Source: Azolla caroliniana (taxonomy: Eukaryota > Plantae > Polypodiophyta). From it: a stretch of 64,000 nucleotides of DNA. The first letter of the stretch is position 1, and each line of letters begins with the position of its first letter. The position numbers and the translations under genes are program-made. The notes below the pieces were generated by a model. That model was not told the DNA's origin, made no database searches, and saw nothing but the letters and a program-made list of their open reading frames with translations. The stretch covers positions 17,546,001 to 17,610,000 of the forward strand of contig JBHGNT010000013.1 in the NCBI GenBank assembly GCA_043228905.1, in the 5' to 3' direction. Positions 1-10,525 of the stretch are shown here, in pieces.

Positions 1-975
1 AACGGCATCATAGAACCCCTCTTCTAATGGCCTGGTTGAAAGATATAGCAGGACACTAAGCGAGAGGGTGAGACACATGGTGTTGACAGCTAAACTCCCT
101 CGTGGCTTTTGGGGAGAGGTTATTTAAACTGCAGCATATGTATGCAATAGATTCCCTAGCACAGCATTGAAATGTGTGATCACTGAGGAGGTTTGGTCTA
201 GCAAACCAACCTCATATGTGTCTTTGGCTGTGATGTATTTGTGCACATTAGAAATGAGCTTAGAAATAAACTTAATACAAAGTCCATGAAGGGGATCTTC
301 CTTAAGTATAGTGAAGAGGATAAAATGGACTCTACGATACAACTACCTCAGCTTAAAATTTTGTATGCAGCCAGGACATTGTCTTTAATGAGGCTAAGCT
401 GCTCAAATCTTGTTGTCCCTCTAAGAAACATAGCAAAAAGGGTAGATTTCAGCATGACAAGCCAACCATTGGTGATGATAATGCGCCTCAATGAAACCAC
501 GAAAGGCTGAAAATCATGATAAGCCCTGGTAATATTGCCAGAAGATGATGGGCAGCCATTACATGAACCTTTAGGTCATGAGCAACCATGAAATGTATCT
601 TGAGGCCAATGAATAATGCTGAAAATGAGGCTGCAAATGATGGAGAACAGCCTAATGTCAAAGATATCGTGGTTCCTCGTGATGTAGATCTCATGCCTGA
701 TAATGTAGATCACTGGGTAAGGTCTACTAGATTAAAAGGAGGCCCTTACAGAGACATGATCCCTCCTTGCATTAGAATATGATGACTGATGAGGATGAAA
801 CCCTTACATTAAAGTGGCTTTATGTGAACAAATGAGCAAATGGGAGCTTTCAATGCAAGAAGAAACAAAAGCTTTGCAAGCAAACAATAATAGGAACTTG
901 GTTGAATTGCCCGAGGATAAGAATATTATTCCTCATAGGTGGGTGTATAAAATCAAGACTGTGGATGGAAACCCA
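1..975 (+). mobile_element. Degenerate Ty1/copia remnant (integrase C-terminal part to start of RT)
   Basis: Broken reading frames give NGLVERYSRTLSERVRHMVLTAKLPRGFWGE, VFGCDVFVHIRNELRNKLNTKSMKGIFL and WELSMQEETKALQANNNRNLVELPEDKNIIPHRWVYKIK, in copia order; stops and frameshifts present. Confidence 0.85.
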
Positions 976-1534
976 AGTAAAATGCAGTCATTGTGTAATC
1001 TGTGGTGCCAACCCAGCTATCTGTGATTCCTTGATACACAATGGGAACATACCATTTCATTTATGTTGCCACAGAATGGCAAGGTTGTTTGAAAGGAATA
1101 GTGGGGATGAATAATTTGTTTGTTCCTTTATTTTTGTGTCATACCAAGAGTACATATCAATTATTTCATTATGTAAGCATCTCATGCCATAGAGAGTCAT
1201 AGATGAAGGAGCACTACACACGTAGATATGGTTAGGCTAATGAAGAGGTCTCCCTCAAAAATCCTTTCATGAGACATAGATTCATAACATAATGCAAAGA
1301 TTAGCATAGACCAAGCATGTTCTAGCATTACTATGCAATCAAGTTGCATGTTAAATCTCACGACTCTTTGATAAGCATGTTCACTACATAATACCAAGGC
1401 TTCCATTTACTTGCGAGATCATTTTGATGAATATACTTAAGCTCATTAATTTTTGACAAGATATCATATGATACTCATGGTTGTTTAATTCATTGTCCAA
1501 TTTGACCTCTTTAGAGAACTTAGTGTAATCTAAG

Positions 1535-1897
1535 CGGTTATTGCATTGCGATGTGAAACGGGGCGGTTGGGCACAAGTGATGAGAGTGGTCGACTATGCA
1601 CACCTTGCCCTAAACAAGTTCGAAAGTTTCAGTATCACACTTTGATACAATGCTCTGCTTTTGATCATATTCAACCATGCTTTCCACACATCTTCAACCA
1701 AGCTCAATCCTTGCAAGAATTTCTCTCACAACCACAATGTGAACTCTCGATTGCAACATTCATTGGAAAAGTTCTTGAACATCGAGAGTCGCTACTCACT
1801 TTCACATATATCACATAAAATGTAATATTTTTGGTCTCATAGATCACATTTGACCTCCAAAGACGATAATAGAATCTATCAAATCTATCTATCTCTC
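1535..1897 (+). mobile_element. 5'-truncated RTEX-like LINE 3' end (family 3), tail (CTAT)n-like
   Basis: ORF 1546-1818 RCETGR...GRLCTPCPKQV...YHTLIQCSAF matches the E.GR...CxxC...HxxxxC C-terminal domain of the 53619-55862 ORF; short 3' UTR ends in AATCTATCTATCT. Confidence 0.7.
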
Positions 1898-1956
1898 AAT
1901 ACAACAATAACGATAATAGAATCTATCAGATCTATCTATCTCTCAATACAACAATA
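1863..1956. repeat. Tandem duplication of a 47-bp unit (2 copies)
   Basis: ACGATAATAGAATCTATCA(A/G)ATCTATCTATCTCTCAATACAACAATA at 1863 and 1910. Confidence 0.9.
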
Positions 1957-2011
1957 AAACCACACAAGCTCATTAACAAACAACAATCACGACACCATTT
2001 CTACTAGTGCT

Positions 2012-2478
2012 ACAAGTCAATCAAGGGATACACAAGTGGAATTTCCAACCAAGACATGGGAAAGGGGTTAAAACAAATCGACCAATAGAATTGTCATGCA
2101 CATAATGGACCATGATCTCCAACTCTTTTCATCAACAAATAAAGGCCATTATCTCCCACCATCATAGGTGCTTCCTTTGCTTAGAAGATGTAGTCAATCA
2201 CGGGCTACACAAGTGGGCTCCCCACTAGGACATTGCAAAGGGGTTACAACAAATCGAGCAATTGCAATTTGTTGTGCACATACGCCCCGGTTGTTGGATC
2301 AGGATCTCACAACCCTTGTCATCTACAAATAAAGGCCATTATCTCCAACCATCAAAAGTGTTTCCCTTGCTTTGAAGATCTCTTCATCCAAGATCAACCT
2401 ACGCTAGAAATCTTTTAGTTCCATAGGTCATATTTGACTTTCAAAGACAATAACAAAACCTCTCTATTTATCTATATG
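2012..2478 (+). mobile_element. Two tandem diverged fragments of the LINE family-1 ORF end, followed by a LINE 3' terminus
   Basis: PCHLQIKAIISNHQKCFPCF (ORF 2233-2418) vs PCHRQIKAIISSHRRCFPRF at the end of ORF 53619-55862; CAAATAAAGGCCATTATCTCC occurs twice. Confidence 0.8.
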
Positions 2479-2539
2479 CCTCTAGGCTCATGTTCCTTAA
2501 AGAATTTGAACCGTAGGTCTCTACTATACGAGAATATGT

Positions 2540-2842
2540 TATTCATTCATTATTGTATTAGATCTGGAAACCCTGACATGAACAAAATTTGAGGTTCGAT
2601 GCCTGTGTGTGCATGTAGAATTCTATATACTCACAACAACATTATTAATATGCACGTTATAGATCCAAAAAGACCTTCCAAAATCACCACTGAACATGTA
2701 TATTTTATTCATTCATTATTGTATTAGATCTGGATCAGCCATTGCCTGACATGAACAAAATTTGAAGTTCTATGCATGTGCGGGCATGTGGAATTCTACA
2801 TACTTACAAAACGTTATTAATATGCATTCTATAAATCCAAAG
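2540..2842. repeat. Tandem duplication of about 165-170 bp
   Basis: TTATTCATTCATTATTGTATTAGATCTGGA...CCTGACATGAACAAAATTTGA...ATAGATCCAAA recurs at about 2539 and 2705. Confidence 0.8.
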
Positions 2843-3485
2843 AGCATCCATAATGATTATTTTTATGCAAAAAGCAATAAGATAGAGAACATACTAGTGC
2901 AATATGTGGTGGGCGAAGGTAATTTTGTTGGGTCGTCCTTGACCTCGACATCATTTGCTTTTCTTGCAAAACACGTTCTTTGAACTTTGAGGGTTCAAAT
3001 CGCAATGCATACTCGGCTAAGTTTCTTTCTATATTTTCCATGGTAGTTGGGGTGCGATGGTATGCTATGTTTAATGGGAAATCTGACTGCCTCCACAGAA
3101 ACATGATTGAACCTTGAAGCAATACTTCGGCTAGCACACAACACACTAGCACCGAAATCAAGATGCTACATATACATGTTTTACCCTTCGTATTCCCACT
3201 TTCTCCATCAATTTTATTATTTTTGCTTGGTGTCACTGCCCTTGTATTTCGAATTGGAATTTGTCCACTTCCTTTGTGGACATCAACATCAATATCTTCC
3301 TTACCAAAACGATTTGTACCCTCCAGATCAATGTTAATCGGCCTACCTGTTGCTGGATATCTCTTGAATGGGTGCCCATTGCTTCTTCCCAATGTTACTG
3401 CATCAATTCGTCCAGAGGCTCCTCTTGGAATAAAAAATGCTTCTAAGTTTTCATCGTGATTATCACGAGGAATTGTTGTTGCCAT
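2829..3485 (-). CDS. Unassigned 218-aa protein with one predicted transmembrane segment
   Basis: ATG-initiated ORF with hydrophobic stretch CICSILISVLVCCVLAEVLLQGSIMFLW; upstream (CT)n tract (4023-4078) and candidate 5'UTR intron GT 3853 / AG 3629; no family recognised. Confidence 0.4.
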   Translation of the reverse strand: MATTIPRDNHDENLEAFFIPRGASGRIDAVTLGRSNGHPFKRYPATGRPINIDLEGTNRFGKEDIDVDVHKGSGQIPIRNTRAVTPSKNNKIDGESGNTKGKTCICSILISVLVCCVLAEVLLQGSIMFLWRQSDFPLNIAYHRTPTTMENIERNLAEYALRFEPSKFKERVLQEKQMMSRSRTTQQNYLRPPHIALVCSLSYCFLHKNNHYGCSLDL

Positions 3486-4019
3486 TGCCAGATGATTGGA
3501 TTATTTATTTGAATTTAAACATAAATTGTGCTCATATAGACAGAATAATATGCCGCTGAGAAACTTCATGTGAGATAAAAATGCATCAAAGGCTGGCATT
3601 TAAGGTTCGCTTTCAAATGAATATACTCTGCATAAAGCAAGATAATATCATCATATATGACCTCATAGATGATGATGGTAAGAAAAATAATTTCGGGTTC
3701 ACCTAAGTAACCATACCTCGTAATTTATCTTGTTGAGTAGCAGACAATTTTCTACCACAAAAACCACGCCCGGAAACGGCCCATTTTCCACTGAGCAATG
3801 GAATCAACGAATCTGAATCTAGAATCTGCTTGAAATGATATCAACAACCATACAATCTGCGGGCGATGTGTCCGAATCTAGAATCTAGAATCTGAAGCTT
3901 GAGCCTACAATTCTCACAGATCTGGCATGAGAGCCTGATGGCGGAGGTCTTTTTACTCTGTGGGTCTTCAGAGTTAGATCCAAAATGAATAAAATAAGCA
4001 GAAGAAATATGTACTGTGG

Positions 4020-4080
<61 letters not shown>

Positions 4081-6278
4081 CTTTGGAGAGCCTTGAGTGA
4101 GAGTGTTTTGAGTGTTTGTGTTTTTAAAGGGGGGGCAGGGGAAGGATATTATAAACAAAACAAAGAAGAAGAAGTAGAATTATTTTATTTATTTTTTTAT
4201 TTTATTTTATTTATTTATTTATTACTACTACTTTGGGAGGTGGATGTCTTCATTTTCTGGTTTTGTTCAGGTTCATATGGTGGGTAAGTGGGTGGGTATT
4301 TTACCGAGTCCGTCCTCTACTTGTCAAGGGACTCGATATAGAGTTCATCTCGAAAGAGACAGAAACCTGCTCCCCTCCACTAACCCCCCCATGAGATATA
4401 TGGTGGTGTTCTACAACGCAAATGACCCGACAACACAATTCCCGAAGTTCGATCAAAAGACTGGAAGCTTATCCTCCTCTCTGTCTGCGTCGCTTTCTTA
4501 TATGGCATTGTGTTCCCAATTTTATCCTGCCACGTTTTGGACAGATACGTGTATGCGGTGTTGATGATAATTTGAGCCTAGTCTTCGTCCATCCATGTGA
4601 CTCGATGAATACAATTTTGGGTGGCTCGAAATTTACTTCTTCCAACACCTTTCTTTTATCTTGATTGTATTATTGTCCTTGAAAGAGTCTTTATGGAAGC
4701 CTCTAGTGCTTCCCAATGATAGCTCTTATATGTGTGTTTTATGGAGATGGACGCCTTCTTCTATTTGACATGTGGAGAAAGAGATAGATGTGGCCATAAT
4801 TGGTTATCATTAAATGCATTGTTGGATCTCATGGTCCCTATATATATGAAATTGATGCAAGTGAACCTTGAAAGGAGTAATAACAAAACCTCAATAAGTA
4901 CGATGCACACCATGGATGTTTTACATAAGGAGGTTTCATGTATATGGCACATTACTTGATGTATACAACGATAGCACTTAGTTTTGGATGTAGGATGACA
5001 ATCTCCTTTTTTTCATTCTATGCCTTTGGTGATGGCTTACAAATGCAATCATGTTTTTCCTATATCGTGGAGTATGCTTAATGTTGAACATAATTTGTGT
5101 AGTTTCCAAAGTCCTTTCGTTTTTGTATGTAGCTATATATACGCATCATTCTAGGCAAATTGTGCTTCCCTTTTAAGTGGGTTTAGGGAGCTACAACTTC
5201 ACCCAACTTAATTTTATCAAAGGTTGTGTTTGATTGACAACCTCCAAGTGTCAGAGCATGCAAATACAATCATGGGATCGGGAGTATGAGAAATGGGTTG
5301 TTGTTCGATGGTCTCCCACAGAGTGCCACACGCAAAGAAAGAAATGTCAAGCTTGAAAGGACATTCGATATGGCAAGTGTCCCCCAAACTAAGCTCCGCA
5401 AAGTGCACTATCATGATTAAAGGAGTTTCGGTCGTTGTCACTCGATTAAGTCATACTAACACTTGCGAAGGGTTTTAGGGTCTGTTTATACCACAATACT
5501 TTAGAGAGATGGGTATGCCGGACATTTGTGGAGATCCATGAGGCTGGCCGGGGCAAATTGATATGCTCCCCATGCCCATGTGGAAGTGATATGTACATAT
5601 GTATGTATATGATGGATGAACCAAAGTCAATGAGAGCTTGGCTCGGTAGCCTCTTTGCTTGCAACTCTGAGTAAAACCCCCATAGCCCAAAATATAAACA
5701 CTTGGCCTAAACCATACACCCCGGGGGTATGGAACAGATAAATAAGTGGAGAGATGGAACCCTGAAATGTCTCAGAATCGGACATGGAAGTTGAAATTTC
5801 AATGGATTTGGGTTTCTTGATTCCCCAAGAAGACGGTGTCGGAGTAGTAGTAGTAGTAGGAGGAAGCGAAGAAGAAACCTCCCAAACCAGAATAGAGAAA
5901 TTGGAGTTAACTACGACGAGGGAACCAAGCAATGTTATATGGATGATAATGATGATTGAAGATTATTCGGGAACAGAGCAATGCGATATTTATCAGATGT
6001 ATCAAAGATCTACCTCACATTATCGATAATCTGATTTTTCTTCATATTCATGTTTTGGGTAGAGAGGATCGAATATCTTGAAACGGATCATAAAAAAGTT
6101 TGGGATTCCATTACCACATAGGAATCATTGCTTTTGGAGTGCCTTGATCTCATGGAGATCTTTGCCCTCAGTGATTGCACTTATTGCATTCAAACAATTC
6201 CATTTGGACTGCCCTTATCACATAGAGGTCATTGCTCTTTGTGAATGTACTTATCACATAGGAATAACTGCTCCTGGA

Positions 6279-8597
6279 ATGCCCCTTCTCACAAGTTATG
6301 TCAAAAGAAAGCTACCCCAACATGCTCTTGACCTTTACCTCCGGAAGAGAACTGAGAACTCTTTTCATCTTAATGAGCACGATTCTGTGGCTTTGCTCAA
6401 AGCTTGCTCTCAGCTACAAGATATGGAGCATGGTATGGAAATACATGCAGAAGTTGCAAGGAGTGGATTGCTCGAGAAGAAGGGTCTTTTTATAGGAAGC
6501 ACTTTGATTCATATGTACGCTCAATGTGATTCTCTTGTGAAAGCACGAGAAGTATTCTTCAGTCGCCGTTTCCAAGATATTGTAGGTTGGAATGCACTTA
6601 TTTCATCTTATGCAAACCATAACCATCCGAAAGAGGCTCTTGAGTATTTTAATCTTATGCAAAGCAAAGGTATATCTCCAGATGGTGTGACTTATGTTTC
6701 TGTCCTTAAAGCTTGTTTTAAACTTAAATACATCGACAAGATCCATTCCATACATGATGAGATTTCCCGAAAAGGATGCTTTAATAGAAACCTTTATATT
6801 GGTAGTACTTTGGTAAATATCTATGCTAAATGTGGTCTTCTTGCAAAAGCGCAAGAAGTGTTTGAGAATCTTCCGAGTAGAAACGTGATTATTTGGAATG
6901 CATTACTAACTGCGTATGTTGAATATGAGCTCTTCAAGGATGCACTTGAGGGATACCAAAAGATGCAATTGGAGCATATCTCTCCGGATGCCGTTACCTA
7001 TGTTTGTGTTTTGAAATCTTTCTGTAACATGGGTATGGTTGAGAAAGCCCAAGAATTGCATATTGAGATTGTAAGGAAGGGTCTTCTTCTCCCAAACCCT
7101 TTCCTGGCTAGTGCTCTGATAGATATGTATGTGAAAGTCAGATTGCTTGCGAATGCAAGAGAAGTATTTAATATGCTACAAGACCCAAATGTTGTTGTTT
7201 GGACTGCACTTATTGTAGGATATGTTGAACATGGAAAAAGTGAGGAAGCACTCGATTTGTTTGAACAAATGAAACATAGAAGGGTCTCTCCAGATGCGGC
7301 AGCGTATATTTATTGCTTAAAAGCGTGTGCTGATATTGGGGCTATAGAGAAGGGGCAGGATATACATTTCGACGTTGAAAGAGAGGGGCTTATTGGAACA
7401 GATATTGTCATTGGAAACGCTCTAGTTTATATGTATGCGAGGTTTGGATTACTTTCACAAGCGCAAGTAGTGTTTGACAAGCTTCCATTGCGAAATGTTG
7501 TTACCTGGACCACTCTGATTTCGGGATATATTGATTATGGTTATGCTTTGGAAGTGCTTGCATGCTTTGAGCTCATGCAATGTGAGGGCACATATCCGAA
7601 TATTATTACTTACATGTGTAGCTTGAAAGCTTGTGGCTATGTAGGAGCAATGGATAGAGGCGAGCAAATATATGAAAAGATTGAAAAAGAAGGGTTACTT
7701 GGCACTGATATCATGCTCGGAAACACGTTGGTAAATATGTATGCCAAATGTGGCTTAGTGTACAGTGCAGTGAAAGTGTTCGATAAGCTTCCAAGGAGAG
7801 ACCGAGTATCATGGAACACGTTGATTGGAGGATTCACACAACATGAGTATGGTCATGAAGCACTTAAGTATCTTGAAAAGATGCAACTAGAGGGTTTCTT
7901 TCCCGATGCAGTAACTTATGCTTGCAGCTTGAAGGCTTGTAGTTGTATAGGAGCCAGAATGAAAGCTTGGGAAATACATAGCGAGATTGCCCAAGCAGGT
8001 CTATTGGAGGATAACGTTATTGTTGGCAGTGCTTTGGTTGATATGTATGCTAAGTGCGGTTCCATTTCTACTGCTCAAGAAGTACTTAACAAACTTCCAA
8101 TCCAAGATATTGTCTCATGGAATTCTCTCCTTGTAGGATACGCTCAGCTCGGAGAATGTGATAATGTTTTCCAGACATTTGAGAACATGCTAGCTGAATC
8201 GCTAAAGCCAGATCTTGTAACGTTCATCATTGTTCTTAATGCATGTAGTCGGACAGGTCTTTGTCATAAGAGCCAAACTTACTTTCAAGCTATGAGTAGA
8301 GATTATGGCATCAATCCGACCCTTCAACATCATGGTTGTATGATTGATCTATTTGGTCGCTGGGGACAAGTTGACGAGGCGATAATCATGATCAAGAGAA
8401 TGCCATTTTGTGCAAATCTTGCTATATGGAATACTGTGTTGGGTGCATGTAGGAATTTAGGAAAGGAAGGACTTGGAAAGGAAGCATTTGTAAATGCCAT
8501 CAAGCTAGATGATGGTGATTCTGCGGCGTATGTATTGATGTCTCACATCTTTGCCTTTTCAAGTAGTTCTAATATACATGAAGGTATCAGTTTATGA
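6279..8597 (+). CDS. PLS-class pentatricopeptide repeat protein with E domain, no DYW (organellar RNA-editing factor type)
   Basis: Repeated motifs such as LVDMYAKCG...A..VF, SWNSLLVGY, PDAVTY...LKAC; C-terminal PTLQHHGCMIDLFGRWG...IWNTVLGACR...SAAYVLMSHIF. The frame is open from 6078 and the first ATG is at 6279; an upstream exon is possible. Confidence 0.95.
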   Translation: MPLLTSYVKRKLPQHALDLYLRKRTENSFHLNEHDSVALLKACSQLQDMEHGMEIHAEVARSGLLEKKGLFIGSTLIHMYAQCDSLVKAREVFFSRRFQDIVGWNALISSYANHNHPKEALEYFNLMQSKGISPDGVTYVSVLKACFKLKYIDKIHSIHDEISRKGCFNRNLYIGSTLVNIYAKCGLLAKAQEVFENLPSRNVIIWNALLTAYVEYELFKDALEGYQKMQLEHISPDAVTYVCVLKSFCNMGMVEKAQELHIEIVRKGLLLPNPFLASALIDMYVKVRLLANAREVFNMLQDPNVVVWTALIVGYVEHGKSEEALDLFEQMKHRRVSPDAAAYIYCLKACADIGAIEKGQDIHFDVEREGLIGTDIVIGNALVYMYARFGLLSQAQVVFDKLPLRNVVTWTTLISGYIDYGYALEVLACFELMQCEGTYPNIITYMCSLKACGYVGAMDRGEQIYEKIEKEGLLGTDIMLGNTLVNMYAKCGLVYSAVKVFDKLPRRDRVSWNTLIGGFTQHEYGHEALKYLEKMQLEGFFPDAVTYACSLKACSCIGARMKAWEIHSEIAQAGLLEDNVIVGSALVDMYAKCGSISTAQEVLNKLPIQDIVSWNSLLVGYAQLGECDNVFQTFENMLAESLKPDLVTFIIVLNACSRTGLCHKSQTYFQAMSRDYGINPTLQHHGCMIDLFGRWGQVDEAIIMIKRMPFCANLAIWNTVLGACRNLGKEGLGKEAFVNAIKLDDGDSAAYVLMSHIFAFSSSSNIHEGISL

Positions 8598-10525
8598 GTG
8601 TAAGACACCGAATCCTAAATGTGCCCCAAAGTCATTGCATGGTGGAAGTAGAACCTTGTCCCCTTCGGTTGCAGCTTTATATCATGGATGAAGAAAGTAA
8701 TCCTGGAGCCATCCAATATGTAAGACGTGAAGAATACAATGCAAATATTTACCTTCCATGAAAACACCATAAATTTGGATGGCTTGATATTCCATCATCG
8801 AAGGAAAATTAATATTCAGATAATGAAAATGTACCATAACAACTCGTGATGCTTCTCAATACTCAAGCTCAAGCTTCGAGTGAGTGTTACATGAATCTTT
8901 GTGCCATTACTCAAAATGCTATGCTTCTTGAAGGCGTGTGTAAATGTTACATGTACATACATTTATATATGGGCACAAACACTCCGCATCGGTATTCCAT
9001 CTGCATAAAGAGTGCAACCAGAATAGCTAATCCATGTAACAAGTGTCCCAGGATGTCCACTTTGGATGTTGATTTTAGTTGTATCGGAGGAGATTTGGAA
9101 AATAATATCATGACATCATAAGATTGGCATGGCATTGATGGATTACCAACTAGCCCAAGATGTCTTTCCCCACCATGTATATGTAAAAATCTATGGTGTA
9201 GAAGCACATTCTTTTTGCAAGGAAAATGAACTTGACAGGTACAATATAGATCTAATCACTAGAACTAGTATGAAGTGAAAGGAATCAAGACGTAGAAGTA
9301 GAATAGGCTCTTTGAAATTTAATTTTGAAAGCATTTACCAGGAGCTATAATGACTTGTGATTTTACTATAGACCTTTCAATGTAACTTGGGGAAATCATT
9401 GCAGTTGTAAGCTTCAACGTTAGGACTTCAACTTCTAATTTCTATTTGCAAAGAAAACTAAGAAACAAATACCGATTTAACATATGTGCACGTAAGATAC
9501 TTCCACAAACATGGTTGATTGGGAAGATTCTAGCAAAAGAAAAGCAAGAAATATTGGTACATGACTTGTGTTGAGAAGATCATAGGGAAGAAACTGTCCA
9601 TATTTTTGAAATATGGTCCTCAATTTGTGCATGCATATGAAAGGATTCAGTATTATAATTTGCATATTGAGTAATGTCAAATCTGCAACAACACAAATGA
9701 ATAGGCATGCCACTTTGCAAAATGGCAAAAGAAAAAAAGACACAACAATGAACTGTATTTTAAGTTTTTTAAACTCAAATCTAGGGTTGCATCAACCTAT
9801 ACTTGGTGAACATATGTTTGTAAAGGGGATATCTTGTTGACTACGTTATAAGTGGGAAAGATTGCCCTATCAAACCGGAATATGTGTTTGCCAATTGCCT
9901 ACATGATTAAGGATTGGACCACAATTCTCGCAACTAGCATTGACAAATTTGAGAGGCTTGTTTGTAATCATGCAACCCCTATCTATGTGCACTAGTTATG
10001 ACCTACAATAAGGTATGAATGTAGAACCTTTAAGAAATTAGAATCACCCCAAGGCAATAAAGGTCAAAGAAGGTTAGAAGATCAACAAAAGAAGATCAGA
10101 TTAAGTGGAATCATTCTTTTTCTTCCTCAGGGGCATTTGCAGGAAATAGAGAAAACTGCAGAGAAGCAGTTCTTTCCAATGGATGTGGATATGGATATAT
10201 ACATACATATACATATGCTTATGAGAGACAGCATTCATTCTTCTAATTCCAAGCCAGGATATGTGCATGCGTATGAGAGAGAGCATTCATTCTTCTAATT
10301 CCAAGCGGGGTAAGCCTGAACTGTGAATTGATACTCTCTGTTAGGTTAAATCAATTGTGTGCATATAACCACAGGGAAGACAGGTACAGTGAAAACGAAG
10401 ACAGAGACATATAGACATAGACAGATACCTAAACATACAGACGTAGACATAGGCATTATATGCATAGACATATAGACATATAGACAGAATGACGGGCTAC
10501 CATATTGTATTTTCTTGTCAAGAAG

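Noticed and set aside
5784-6029. 81-aa ORF upstream of the first PPR gene
   Set aside because: Low-complexity (GTA)n-derived sequence with no recognisable domain; may be 5' leader or a first exon but cannot be supported
8598-9200. Possible frameshifted E+/DYW extension after the first PPR gene
   Set aside because: No HSE/CxxC deaminase motif or clear PG box in the frames I read; the resemblance (HCMVEV) is too weak
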